NCBI GenBank assembly: GCA_963820825.1
Contig: CAWGBN010000006.1
Span: 416,001-480,000 of the forward strand
DNA from: Vulcanimicrobiota bacterium
GTDB taxonomy: Bacteria; Vulcanimicrobiota; Vulcanimicrobiia; Vulcanimicrobiales; Vulcanimicrobiaceae
Direction: 5' to 3'
Length of the DNA stretch: 64,000 bases
The translations under genes were made by a program, and so were the position numbers. Each line of letters begins with the position of its first letter. Position 1 is the first letter of the stretch. Under the pieces are notes generated by a model. That model was not told the DNA's origin. It did no database searches and saw nothing but the letters and a program-made list of their open reading frames with translations. Below, piece after piece: positions 35,284 to 46,960 of the stretch.

Positions 35284-38120
35284 TGCGCGCGAACGAGATC
35301 CGAATTGCCGGCGACGATCTGCTCGTGCTGGCAAACGGGAGAGATGCGTATTGCGTGCGCTCCGGCGAGGCCGCGATCTTCGCCGTCGCCCTCGGCACCG
35401 ACGGGAAACCGGTCGGGCGCCGCTCGTTTATCGGCGGTGCGGGTCCGGGCGAGGTCGTGCTCGGCGCCTCGTTCGAATCGAAAGGCGCGACGTTCGCGCT
35501 CATCGCGGTCGGAGTGGAACCGACGATCTTGGAGCCGTGGGATCCGGCGCACGCCGAGCCGGAACAACGCGATGAGGCGCTTCGGCGGTATCTCACCATG
35601 TTAGTCGGGCGCGATCGAATCGAGATCGACCAGCACAAGGCGCGTCCCGTGCAACCACATCAGGAACTCGAGCTCGCCGCCGGCGAGTACGCGCGCTCGT
35701 CGCATCGTCTGGCGTACGTGCGCGTGGCCGGCGGCACAGCCTATCTGCTCGGCGTGCACCAGTGCGATTCCGGCTCGGGCATCGTTCCGGTTGGGGGCGC
35801 GCTGACGCTGCACGCTCGAAACGGCGCGCGCGTCGAAGCGCTCGCCAACTCGGACGTGAGCGAGAAGGATCTCGAGCAGGCGCTCGATACGGCGCGTGCC
35901 GCGTTTTGGAAACACTGGGCGATGCATGCGGAGCAAGAGGACCACGACCGCGAAGCGATGCGCGCAGCGACGCAGGCTTTCGACGCGCGCGCCCTTGCGA
36001 GCGGGCTCGAGGAGGCAACGCACCTCTTCGAGCGCCACCGGCCGCTGACCAATGCCGGGGACGATCCCATCGTCGCTGCGGCGCGCATCGCCGCGCAAGC
36101 CGATCGGATCGCGATCGCCGCGCCGCGCGAATCGCATAGCGACCTGCAGGGCGCGGTGCAGGCAATCGCCGTGGAATCGCACGTCTCGGTTCGCCGCGTG
36201 CGCCTTCGCGGGAACTGGCACGAGCGCGAGTACGGCCCACTCCTTGCATTTCGCGGACCGCGTCGCACGCCGGTTGCGCTGCTCCCGCATCGTGGCCGAA
36301 CGCGATACGTTCTGGTCGATCCGGCGCGAGTCACCGAGCAGATTCCCGTCGACGAAGTGGTAGCGGATCAGATCGACTCGTTCGCCTACGTCTTTATGCG
36401 GGCGCTTCCGGAACGCGCCGTCGGCGTTTGGGATCTCCTGCGATTCGGATTGCGTCACAGCGGCGTCGATGCAATTCAGATTCTGACGCTCGGACTCGCC
36501 GGAGGCATTCTTGCCGGCGCCGTTCCCTTGGCGACCGCGATTCTGTACGGTACGATCATTCCCGGAGCGATGCGCCCGCAGTTGCTGACGATGATGCTGG
36601 CGCTGCTCGCGATCGCATTGACCGCCGCGGTAACCGAGGCGGTGCGCGGCCTGGCGATCGTGCGCCTGCAAACGCACGTCGGTATGACCCTGCAATCGGC
36701 GGTGATGGAGCGGCTGCTCTCGCTACCGGCCGCGTTCTTCCGGCGATACGAAATCGGCGATCTCGCCGACCGGCTGATGGGCGTCGATCGAATCGAAGAG
36801 TACGTCAGCGATATCACGATCTCGGCGGCGCTGAGCGGGGTCTTCTCGCTGGTGAGCTTCGCGCTGCTCTTCATCTACGACGTCGGCCTCGCGTGGCTCT
36901 GCGCGTTCCTGGCGCTCATCGCAATCGGGGCCGCCGTTACCGAGGCGCTCGCAACGCTCCCGCTGCGGCGTAAGATCTTCGATCGCTACGGCGGCATCGC
37001 CGGCTTCGTCTTGCAGATCTTCAACGGGATCGCCAAGCTGCGTATCGCGCAAGCCGAGACGCGCGCCTTCGTAGGCTGGCTACATCGCTTCGTTGCGATG
37101 CGCCGTTTGACGACGCGGGTCGGCACGATCGTCTACCGCTTCGGAATCTTCAACGCCATTTGGCCTGCCGCGACGACCCTCGCGATCATTTGGTACATCT
37201 TCGTCGTCCGCCACGGTGCTTTCGCGGCGAGTACGTTCATTGCCGCAAGCGCCGCGTTCGGACAGCTTTTGGCGTCGTTGCTCGGCCTCGGCGACGCGCT
37301 GGTCGCCGTGATTCGCGTGATCCCCGTCTACGAGCGTGCCGAGCCGCTGTTGCGCGAGCTTCCCGAGCGCCTTCAGGCACACGGCGATCCGGGAACGCTG
37401 ACCGGCGCGATCGAGCTGCGCAACATGAGCTTTCAGTACGAAGAGGCTCCGGTCGTGACGCTCGACCGGGTGGATCTACGGATCGAGCCCGGCTCTTTCG
37501 TCGCGATCGTCGGGCCGTCGGGGGCGGGGAAATCGACGCTCTTCCGGCTGCTGCTCGGCTTCGAACGGCCCAATCACGGCGCCATCTATTACGACGGGCA
37601 CGATCTGGACTCGGTCGATCTCGCCGCAGTGCGCCGGCAGATCGGTTCGGTCTTGCAGACGGCCGGGGCGCTGCAAGGGACGATCTTCGAGAATATCGCC
37701 GGCGCGCGCTACATAACGCACGACCAGGCGTGGGATGCCGCACGGCGCGTTGGAATCGCCCACGACATCGAAGCGTTGCCGATGCAGCTCGAAACCTATT
37801 TGGGTTCCGACGGCGGAGGGCTCTCGATGGGTCAACGGCAACGCATTGCAATTGCTCGCGCAATCGTCACGTCGCCACGGATCTTACTCTTCGACGAGGC
37901 GACGAGCGCGCTCGATAATGAGACCCAGGCGATGGTGATGAAGACGCTCGAAGCGCTTCACGCCACTCGCCTGGTGATCGCGCACCGTCTTTCGACGATT
38001 CAAAACGCGGACCGGATCATCGTGATCGATGGGGGCCGGATCGTGCAGGACGGGATCTACTCGAATCTCGTTGCAACGGCCGGCCCATTTGCCGATCTTG
38101 CCCGGAGGCAATCAATCTAG
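35283..38120 (+). CDS. NHLM bacteriocin system ABC transporter, ATP-binding protein (no peptidase motif)
   Basis: cNMP-like N-terminus, RRVRLRGNW...GPLLAF degenerate domain, TM domain, GPSGAGKS, LSMGQRQR, FDEATSALDN. Confidence 0.9.
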   Translation: MRANEIRIAGDDLLVLANGRDAYCVRSGEAAIFAVALGTDGKPVGRRSFIGGAGPGEVVLGASFESKGATFALIAVGVEPTILEPWDPAHAEPEQRDEALRRYLTMLVGRDRIEIDQHKARPVQPHQELELAAGEYARSSHRLAYVRVAGGTAYLLGVHQCDSGSGIVPVGGALTLHARNGARVEALANSDVSEKDLEQALDTARAAFWKHWAMHAEQEDHDREAMRAATQAFDARALASGLEEATHLFERHRPLTNAGDDPIVAAARIAAQADRIAIAAPRESHSDLQGAVQAIAVESHVSVRRVRLRGNWHEREYGPLLAFRGPRRTPVALLPHRGRTRYVLVDPARVTEQIPVDEVVADQIDSFAYVFMRALPERAVGVWDLLRFGLRHSGVDAIQILTLGLAGGILAGAVPLATAILYGTIIPGAMRPQLLTMMLALLAIALTAAVTEAVRGLAIVRLQTHVGMTLQSAVMERLLSLPAAFFRRYEIGDLADRLMGVDRIEEYVSDITISAALSGVFSLVSFALLFIYDVGLAWLCAFLALIAIGAAVTEALATLPLRRKIFDRYGGIAGFVLQIFNGIAKLRIAQAETRAFVGWLHRFVAMRRLTTRVGTIVYRFGIFNAIWPAATTLAIIWYIFVVRHGAFAASTFIAASAAFGQLLASLLGLGDALVAVIRVIPVYERAEPLLRELPERLQAHGDPGTLTGAIELRNMSFQYEEAPVVTLDRVDLRIEPGSFVAIVGPSGAGKSTLFRLLLGFERPNHGAIYYDGHDLDSVDLAAVRRQIGSVLQTAGALQGTIFENIAGARYITHDQAWDAARRVGIAHDIEALPMQLETYLGSDGGGLSMGQRQRIAIARAIVTSPRILLFDEATSALDNETQAMVMKTLEALHATRLVIAHRLSTIQNADRIIVIDGGRIVQDGIYSNLVATAGPFADLARRQSI

Positions 38121-38126
38121 AGGGAT

Positions 38127-38288
38127 CTACATCGGCTCCGGGTGCTTGAGCGGGTTCTGCGGGGGCCGCGGTCCGCCCGGAGGGTTCGGGCCATCGATCG
38201 GGCTCTTGACTTTCACGTAGCCGCCGCTGACCTGGTCGAGCTTCTCGTCTTCGATTGGCTTCTGCTCTTTACGAGTGTCGTCGCTCAT
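38127..38288 (-). CDS. Double-glycine leader precursor peptide with a 30-aa proline-rich core
   Basis: AAGGA RBS before ATG at 38288. MSDDTRKEQKPIEDEKLDQVSGG|YVKVKSPIDGPNPPGGPRPPQNPLKHPEPM fits the L(S/T)xxELxxVxGG leader consensus. Stop lies 6 bp from the ABC gene stop. Confidence 0.85.
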   Translation of the reverse strand: MSDDTRKEQKPIEDEKLDQVSGGYVKVKSPIDGPNPPGGPRPPQNPLKHPEPM

Positions 38289-38305
38289 TATGAGTTCCTT
38301 CTTCA

Positions 38306-38345
38306 GAGGCCGCGGCACAACCGCCGTGGCACCCTCAGAGTACCA
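38306..38345 (-). promoter_or_regulatory. Putative extended -10 promoter and 5' stem-loop of the precursor gene
   Basis: Minus strand TGGTACTCT (38345-38337) followed by GAGggtGCCACGGC-ggttgt-GCCGCGGCCTC hairpin just upstream of the RBS. Confidence 0.4.
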
Positions 38346-38425
38346 ATGAAGTGTGAATCGCAGGCGAAGCATTTGCGAAGTAAACGAGCGAGTTAGCGGA
38401 AAACCTTCTCAGGATCTGCACAATT

Positions 38426-40264
<1,839 letters not shown>

Positions 40265-40375
40265 TTTTGGTTAGTTCGCCCTTCGGTGCGTCTTGGCATT
40301 GTTGGTTAGAGGGACAAGGCGACCGCCGCCCCAGGGGCAAAATCCGAGACCGGCGAATTTTGCGTTCGGTATTTT

Positions 40376-41719
40376 TTGAGCCGGTTTGGAGCGTGGAGTT
40401 TGAAGGATCGTACCTACGCATTCGTTGCTGCAGCGCTGCTTGTCGCGTGCGGCAACGCCAACGGCTCGCCTGCACTTCCAAAGGATGCATCGGCAGTCGC
40501 GCGCGCAGGCTTACCGAGCTCCCCGATCGCGCACGTGGTCGTCATCATCCAAGAGAACCGCACGGTCGACAATCTCTTTCAGTTCTTGCCCGGAGCGAAT
40601 ACCGCGAAGTACGGGCTCGATCTCCAGGGTCAAAAGGTGCCGCTCAAGCCGGAGCCGTTGACCGCGCGCTACAATCCGGGGCACCGGCATTCCGACTGGC
40701 TCGCGGACTACAACAGTGGGGCGATGAACGGATGGAACAACGAGCGTTGCTCGGGACACTGCCCGGTTAATCCGGCGTATGGTTACGTCCCGCAAATCGA
40801 AGTCGAGCCCTATTATGAAATGGCCGAGACGTACACGTTCGGCGACGAGATGTTCCAAAGCACCCAAGGCCCGAGCTTTCCGGCACACCAGTATCTCGTG
40901 AGCGGAACCTCGACGAACTTCGACGACTCGCGCTGGCGCGTGGCCGAGGATACCGGCGAGAATCAAGGCGGCTGCGATTCCTTCTCCAATTCAAAGGCCA
41001 AGATGATCAACGCCGCAGGGCGCGAGGGCAATGCCGTCTTTCCGTGTTTCGACCGCGCTTCGATCTTCACGCTGCTCGACACCGCGCAGGTCTCGTGGCA
41101 CTTCTATCAGGTGCGCAAGACCGCCGGGCCGTGGAATGCCGTCGATGCGCTCAAACCGATCTGGGAGAACAAATCGGAGTACTCGTCGCGCGTTACCTCA
41201 CCGTCGTCGCAGGTTTTGACCGATATCGCCCAAGGCACGCTCGCCAACGTCGTTTTCGTGATCCCTACCGCCGCCGAGTCGGATCACGGCGGCGACAACG
41301 ATGGGACGGGACCCTCGTGGGTCGCCTCGATCGTCAACGCGATCGGCTCCAGCTCGTATTGGAACGGCACCGCGATTCTCGTCGTCTGGGACGATTGGGG
41401 CGGCTGGTACGATCACGTCACCCCGACGATCTACAACTCGTACGAGCTCGGGATGCGGGTGCCGCTGCTCGTCGTATCGCCGTATGCCAAAACGCACTAC
41501 GTCTCGCACGTGCAATACGAGTTTGGGAGCATCCTAAGGTTCGTCGAGGAGACCTTCAATCTCGGCTCACTCGGCACGACCGACGCTCGCGCCAACGATC
41601 TCGCCGATTGCTTCAACTTCGGATCGGCCCCGCGCAAGTTCAGTCGCATACGAGCGGCGCACTCGGCGAGCTACTTCCTGCATCAACCGGAGTCGGACCG
41701 GGGACCCGACGACGAATAG
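40376..41719 (+). CDS. Phosphoesterase/phospholipase C (AcpA-like) lipoprotein
   Basis: IAHVVVIIQENRTVDN, GPSFPAH, WDDWGGWYDHV, GMRVP; lipobox LVAC. True start probably TTG at 40400. Confidence 0.85.
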   Translation: MSRFGAWSLKDRTYAFVAAALLVACGNANGSPALPKDASAVARAGLPSSPIAHVVVIIQENRTVDNLFQFLPGANTAKYGLDLQGQKVPLKPEPLTARYNPGHRHSDWLADYNSGAMNGWNNERCSGHCPVNPAYGYVPQIEVEPYYEMAETYTFGDEMFQSTQGPSFPAHQYLVSGTSTNFDDSRWRVAEDTGENQGGCDSFSNSKAKMINAAGREGNAVFPCFDRASIFTLLDTAQVSWHFYQVRKTAGPWNAVDALKPIWENKSEYSSRVTSPSSQVLTDIAQGTLANVVFVIPTAAESDHGGDNDGTGPSWVASIVNAIGSSSYWNGTAILVVWDDWGGWYDHVTPTIYNSYELGMRVPLLVVSPYAKTHYVSHVQYEFGSILRFVEETFNLGSLGTTDARANDLADCFNFGSAPRKFSRIRAAHSASYFLHQPESDRGPDDE

Positions 41720-41813
41720 CGGCCGGAGCTTGCGAAGGAACCGGCCGTGCGGTATTATCGGGTGACCGGGCGAGCTCCACGACGGAGCTTGCTTGATATG
41801 GAGAGAGGTAACC

Positions 41814-43856
41814 ATGGAAGGTCATATGTGGCGGCCGTGCCGTTTATTGGCCGGTCCAGCGCTCGTTATTGCGAGCGCTTTGCTGGCGTCCGGATGCGCC
41901 GCGCGCGGCACCGGAACGAGTCCGATCCCGCCCTCCGCCGCGCAAAGCTCGGCGATCGAACGGTCGATGCCGGCCGAAAAGGTTCGCAACGCGCTCGTCG
42001 CTCCGGTCAGCAACGTGAACGATGCCGGCGCCGGCTCGTTGCGCGCTGCAATTGAGGCCGTCAACGCCGCACATGCCGTACACGCGGTCATCACCTTTTC
42101 CACGCACGGCGTCATCAGGCTCGCGTCGGATCTGCCGGCGGTCGCGCGGCCCGTTACGATCGACGGAACCTCGGCGCCGGACTACTCGGGACGGCCCTCC
42201 GTGGCGATCGACGCAAACGGTCACGCCGGTCTGGTCTTTGCCGCCGGATCGGCGAAGTCGGAACTGCTCGGACTAGCAATCGGAGGCGCTGCCGGCAACG
42301 GCGTGACGCTCGACGCGGGATCGATCACGCTCAACCTCGACTACATCGGCTTGAACCTCCAAGGTAACGTGCACGGCAACGCCGGCGACGGCGTCTACGT
42401 TTCGGCGCAGTCGTCGAACGACCGGATCGGCATCAACAAGTCGGGCGCCTCGGGCGAGATCGGCAACGTGATCTCTGGTAACGCCGGAAACGGTTTAAGC
42501 CTGCACGGGTCCTCCGGCGACACGATCGCGGCCAACCGCATCGGAACCAACCTCAGCGGCAAAGTTGCCATCGGGAACGGTCAAAACGGTATTTGGATTA
42601 CCGCCGGATCGAACGGCAACGAGATCGGCGGGACGCGGTTCGTCGATACGGCCACCGGTCAGGCGAACGATCCCACCGGCGACAAAGGAACGCAGCCGCC
42701 GGTCTTCGTCGTTCCGCCCGACGGCAATCTCGTCTCGGGCAATGGGCGCAACGGCATTCTGATCGACGCCGGCTCGGAGAAGAACACGCTCAACGGGAAC
42801 TTCATCGGTACCATCGCAGATGGCGACGGCGCGATCGCCAACTCGGGTGACGGCGTGCGAATTTCCGGAGCAAACGCAAACGTGCTCGCCGGTTGCAAGT
42901 TCGTCAACAACCCATTCGTCTACTACAACGTAATGAGCGGAAATCGCGGAAGCGGGTTACGCATCACCAGCTCCGACGACGTGGTCGTGCAAGGGAACTT
43001 CTTCGGAATCGGCGCGAATAACACGACGGTCGTCGCAAACAACGGCGACGGCATTCTCATCGACGGCAGCTCGCGCAACACGCAGGTGGGCGGCGTAATT
43101 CCGCTCGGCAACGTCTCGGCCGGCAACGTCGGCAACGGCATCGAGGTCGCCGGTAAGGCCTCGGGCTTCATCACCTTCAACACCTTCGGCGGGCTGCTCG
43201 CATTCAAAGGCGCCGCGCCGAACGGCAATGATGGAGTCCTTATCACCTCGACCGGCGGCAATCAAACGGTACGCACCAACGTCCTCTCGGGGAACATGAA
43301 CAACGGGCTCGAGATCGGCGGGGGCGCCTGGGGCGTCACCGTCGGCCCGGACATCATCGGGCTCAGCACGAAAGGCAATAGCCTGCTGCCCAATGGGGGC
43401 GACGGCGTGCTGATCGACGGCAACGCGCACGACAACACCATCGGCGATTACTATCACTCGGTTATCCCGCAGAATACGTTCTCCGGTAATCTCGGCTACG
43501 GTCTGGCAATCATCGACGGCGCGCACGACAACGCGGCCTTCAATAGCTTCGTCGGCGTCGACGTTCCGGGAACCCACGCGCTGGCGAACTATCAAGGCGG
43601 CGTCTACGTCGGCGCGTACGCCGCGCACAATCGCATCGGCGGCACCGCGACCGACCCAAAGGAGCCGAAAAAGAACCTAATCAGCGGTAACGTCGGCAAC
43701 GGCGTCACCCTAGCGACCGGCAGCAGCTATACCGCCGTGATCGACAACTGGATCGGGTTGAACCGGGCCGGAAAGAAGACGCTCCCCAATACGCGACACC
43801 CGATCGTCGTGCAGCGCGGGAGCAGCCACAACAAGATCTCGGGCAACGAGATGTAG
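41814..43856 (+). CDS. Lipoprotein with parallel beta-helix repeats
   Basis: ASGC lipobox, GAGSLRAAI motif, repeated NxISGN/NGxDGV/GNxIG units. Confidence 0.75.
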   Translation: MEGHMWRPCRLLAGPALVIASALLASGCAARGTGTSPIPPSAAQSSAIERSMPAEKVRNALVAPVSNVNDAGAGSLRAAIEAVNAAHAVHAVITFSTHGVIRLASDLPAVARPVTIDGTSAPDYSGRPSVAIDANGHAGLVFAAGSAKSELLGLAIGGAAGNGVTLDAGSITLNLDYIGLNLQGNVHGNAGDGVYVSAQSSNDRIGINKSGASGEIGNVISGNAGNGLSLHGSSGDTIAANRIGTNLSGKVAIGNGQNGIWITAGSNGNEIGGTRFVDTATGQANDPTGDKGTQPPVFVVPPDGNLVSGNGRNGILIDAGSEKNTLNGNFIGTIADGDGAIANSGDGVRISGANANVLAGCKFVNNPFVYYNVMSGNRGSGLRITSSDDVVVQGNFFGIGANNTTVVANNGDGILIDGSSRNTQVGGVIPLGNVSAGNVGNGIEVAGKASGFITFNTFGGLLAFKGAAPNGNDGVLITSTGGNQTVRTNVLSGNMNNGLEIGGGAWGVTVGPDIIGLSTKGNSLLPNGGDGVLIDGNAHDNTIGDYYHSVIPQNTFSGNLGYGLAIIDGAHDNAAFNSFVGVDVPGTHALANYQGGVYVGAYAAHNRIGGTATDPKEPKKNLISGNVGNGVTLATGSSYTAVIDNWIGLNRAGKKTLPNTRHPIVVQRGSSHNKISGNEM

Positions 43857-43871
43857 CGCTCGTCGCGTACC

Positions 43872-44792
43872 TTACCGTCGATCGAACCAGAGATACTGAA
43901 GGGCGACGGCGATCGTGGTGAAGTTCTGACCGTAGCGACCGCTCAGCCAATGCGACCACGAGGCCTTGGCCGAGAAGCCGGTTCCGACCGGCTGCGAAAA
44001 CGTCAGGCCGTAGCGCGAGTTCGAAAGTGTGTTGATCGGCGTGGCGCCGTTGACGTCGGTCGCGCCGCCCGTATAGTAGTTCGCGTCGAGCGCCAACCAC
44101 TGGTTTTGGCGAAAGATATAACCGGCGTGAACCTGAAAAATCGCCAGCGGCGCCTGCCGCAGCAGTTGACCGTTTAAGTAATCGGTGTTTGCGGCGAAGA
44201 TCCACATCCCGGCGGAAAAGTCGCTAAACCACTTCCCCATCGGCTGCTCGAAGCCGATCTCCGGCTTGAACGTCCAGCGATTCGAACCGATATTAATGAA
44301 CTGGGTCCGGTCGTAGGTGCCGGTCGGTGCGATGACGGTCAAGCTTACGCCGAGCGTCGTGGTCGGCTTGCGCCGCGCGAATTCGGCCGGCGTGAGCGCC
44401 CGGCCGAGCAGATTCACGCCGAAGCGCGCTCGGAAATCGGGAAATCCAAAGCGCGCGAGCGCTTCGGGATGGCCGAAGACGGTTGCGGTGACGTGCGCGC
44501 CGAGGTACGGAGCGGCGACCGCCCAGTTCGCGGTGCGGCTTCCTAAGCGAAACGTATGCGTAAAGCTCAGGCTGCCGACCGTGATAGCGGGACGCACGTC
44601 GCTGAGCGGTAGCGATGGATCGAGCGGCACCGTTCCGCGCGAGCTGGAGACGACGCCCACCGCGAAGTTCGCGTCGATCGGTGAGGCGGAGTAGGATCGG
44701 GGCTCGAGCTCCTGGCTCATCGCCGGCCTCGCGCTCGCGAGCGGCGCGAACGTTGCGAACGCGCAGAGCCACAGGGCAACGGCGAGTCTCAT
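43872..44792 (-). CDS. Outer membrane beta-barrel protein, MetA-pathway-of-phenol-degradation (transporter) family
   Basis: QELEPRSY, APTGTYD, NIGSNRWTFKPEIG, C-terminal LQYLW. Confidence 0.75.
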   Translation of the reverse strand: MRLAVALWLCAFATFAPLASARPAMSQELEPRSYSASPIDANFAVGVVSSSRGTVPLDPSLPLSDVRPAITVGSLSFTHTFRLGSRTANWAVAAPYLGAHVTATVFGHPEALARFGFPDFRARFGVNLLGRALTPAEFARRKPTTTLGVSLTVIAPTGTYDRTQFINIGSNRWTFKPEIGFEQPMGKWFSDFSAGMWIFAANTDYLNGQLLRQAPLAIFQVHAGYIFRQNQWLALDANYYTGGATDVNGATPINTLSNSRYGLTFSQPVGTGFSAKASWSHWLSGRYGQNFTTIAVALQYLWFDRR

Positions 44793-44811
44793 TGCGCGTA
44801 TCTCCGATTCC

Positions 44812-46038
44812 TTACGGAGTTAGGGCAAAGACGGTTCCTGCGTCGTTCGTCCCGCCGATATCGGTCGTCCCGTAGAGCGTGCCGTGCAATACGGTCAAGC
44901 TGCCTAAGACGAGTTGACCGTCGTTTGGCGGACCTTGGAACGCGTGGAGCACGCGCTCCTTTCCGGCGGGCGTTATGCTGAAGACGGTGCCGTAGCCATA
45001 ACCGTAGCCGCCCCCGTTATCGGTCGTGCCGTAGAGCACGCCGTTCAAAACGACCATATCCGCGGTCGGGTACAGACCATCGTTGCGGCTTCTGAAGCTG
45101 TACAATACGTGCTCGCTGCCGGCGGTGGTCACGCTAAAGACCGTTCCGTGCCCGTGCGTGCCGCCAACGTAAGTCGTGCCGTAGAGCGTACCGTTGAGCA
45201 CGGTGAGGCCGGCCTGCGGATGGCTTCCATCGCTTCCGCCTTGAAAACTGTAGAGCACCCGCTCTCCTCCGGCCGGCGTAATGCTGAAGACCGTTCCGTC
45301 ACCGGTCGTACCCCCGTAATAGGTCGTTCCGTACATCTTACCGTTGAGCACCGTGAGGTCTCCTTCAGGATTGGTGCCGTCGCGGCCACCATATTTGAAG
45401 CTGTAGACGACGCGCTCTCTGCCGCCCGCGGTGATCCTGAAGATCGCGCCGACGTGGTCAGTGCCTCCGTAGAACGTGGTGCCGTAGAGTGCGCCGTTGA
45501 GAACGACCATGTTTACTTCGGGGCTTCCAGCATCGCTCGAACCTTCGAAGACGTGGAGCGTATGTTCCGTTCCCGACGGTGTGATGCTGAAGACCGTTCC
45601 GCTGCCGGAAACGTAAAAGCTATCCGCGGTTGTTCCGTATAGCAGGCCCCGCATGACGGTCAAGCCCGCCCACGGATTCGCGCCGTCGCCGCTTCCCCGG
45701 AAATTGTAGAGCGTGTGTTCCACACCGGCCGTCGTTAGGCTGAAGACGGTGCCGCATCCGCCGTAGCTGAGGCAATTGGAACCGCCCGCGTCGGCGGTGC
45801 CGTAGAGCAGCCCCTTCACGACCGTCAAGCCGCCGATCGGATTTGCGCCGGCACTCCCGTCGAAGTTGTAGACAACCCGATAGCTTGCGGTGGGGCGGTG
45901 CGCAGGGAGCGGGTTTCGGGCAGACCGCATCCCCAACGATGGGCTAAACGAGTGCTGGGAGGCAGCGCCGCAACCTGCGAGCGCCGCGAGAGCCGCGCAA
46001 ACGATCGATGCCCGTGCGGCTGGAGTTAAAGCGTTCAT
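44812..46038 (-). CDS. Lipoprotein with tandem LYGTT repeats (choice-of-anchor GloVer-type)
   Basis: LAGC lipobox; about 7 repeats of DGxxP.x.LTVLNGxLYGTT..GG...GTVFSIT. Confidence 0.8.
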   Translation of the reverse strand: MNALTPAARASIVCAALAALAGCGAASQHSFSPSLGMRSARNPLPAHRPTASYRVVYNFDGSAGANPIGGLTVVKGLLYGTADAGGSNCLSYGGCGTVFSLTTAGVEHTLYNFRGSGDGANPWAGLTVMRGLLYGTTADSFYVSGSGTVFSITPSGTEHTLHVFEGSSDAGSPEVNMVVLNGALYGTTFYGGTDHVGAIFRITAGGRERVVYSFKYGGRDGTNPEGDLTVLNGKMYGTTYYGGTTGDGTVFSITPAGGERVLYSFQGGSDGSHPQAGLTVLNGTLYGTTYVGGTHGHGTVFSVTTAGSEHVLYSFRSRNDGLYPTADMVVLNGVLYGTTDNGGGYGYGYGTVFSITPAGKERVLHAFQGPPNDGQLVLGSLTVLHGTLYGTTDIGGTNDAGTVFALTP

Positions 46039-46150
46039 CGGGCCCCTCCAAAGCCACGGTGCGCCTTTCTGCTCGCTTTGTCAATCGGCGCCTCGAACGT
46101 GTCGTTGGTCAGAGGCGCCGGACCGGCGTAACGAGAAAATCGGCGGCCTT

Positions 46151-46960
46151 ATGGCCACTCCCGTTGTTCAGGGTCTTACCCCCGCAAACGGCATTGCGGG
46201 AACGAGCGTAACGATCGGCGGCACCGGTTTTACCGGCGTCACCGCGGTGAACTTCGGTACGGTCGCCGCCGACGGATTCACCGTTAACAGCGACACGGAG
46301 ATCGTCGCACAAATCCCCGCACCGAATTCCAGCGGACCGGTAGACGTGACCGTTACGAATCCCGACGGCACCTCGGCAACGAGCGCAAACGATCAGTTCA
46401 ACTACAGCCACTGTTGCGTGTCGGCATTTAACGTCCCGACTGCGCGCTCGGGATGCACGACCGTTGCGTCCGGTAGTCAAAAGAAGATGGGCGAGACGTT
46501 CAAGATGGAGATCGACTTCGATTCGTCCGGAGCCGGTTGCGTCTGTTCGTGCGGTGAGTACCGCCAGTTTGTCCGCGGTACGTTCACGGCGAACGGCACG
46601 GCGATCGTTCTTCTGCTGCCAAACCCGGCGGGCGGCGCACCCTTGAAGTTACTTCCTCGGCCCGCGGCCGGCGCCGCGTCGGACAACTTCCTCGAGGACG
46701 GGCTCGCATCACCCTCCAGTGGGATGAACGTGCATTACGGACATCGCTCGGAAGGATCGACCGACACGACGGACACCTACCTGCCCGATCGCGGGACGGG
46801 CTGCCAGTACCGAGGGTACGACTTTCCGGGGCTCACTGCCGCGGTCGGTACGGCGATTACGGTCGATCTCGACTTCCGCGGACAGGCCGTCGATACGTGT
46901 AATGCGGCTGCCTGCGTGCAGCAGAATGAGTGGACCGTGACCTGCTCGGGGACACTGTAA
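46151..46960 (+). CDS. IPT/TIG domain protein with Cys-rich C-terminal domain
   Basis: PVVQGLTPANG..GTSVTIGGTGF...VDVTVTNPDGTS; C-terminal CVCSCGEYRQFVRG; no signal peptide. Confidence 0.75.
   Translation: MATPVVQGLTPANGIAGTSVTIGGTGFTGVTAVNFGTVAADGFTVNSDTEIVAQIPAPNSSGPVDVTVTNPDGTSATSANDQFNYSHCCVSAFNVPTARSGCTTVASGSQKKMGETFKMEIDFDSSGAGCVCSCGEYRQFVRGTFTANGTAIVLLLPNPAGGAPLKLLPRPAAGAASDNFLEDGLASPSSGMNVHYGHRSEGSTDTTDTYLPDRGTGCQYRGYDFPGLTAAVGTAITVDLDFRGQAVDTCNAAACVQQNEWTVTCSGTL

Noticed and set aside
38127..38288. TOMM, lanthipeptide or lasso peptide precursor
   Set aside because: The core has no Cys or Thr and a single Ser, and no cognate modifying enzymes are recognisable in the window.
44812..45900. 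CRISPR array or DNA tandem repeat
   Set aside because: The periodicity comes from degenerate protein-coding LYGTT repeats. No identical repeat-spacer array was seen anywhere in the window.
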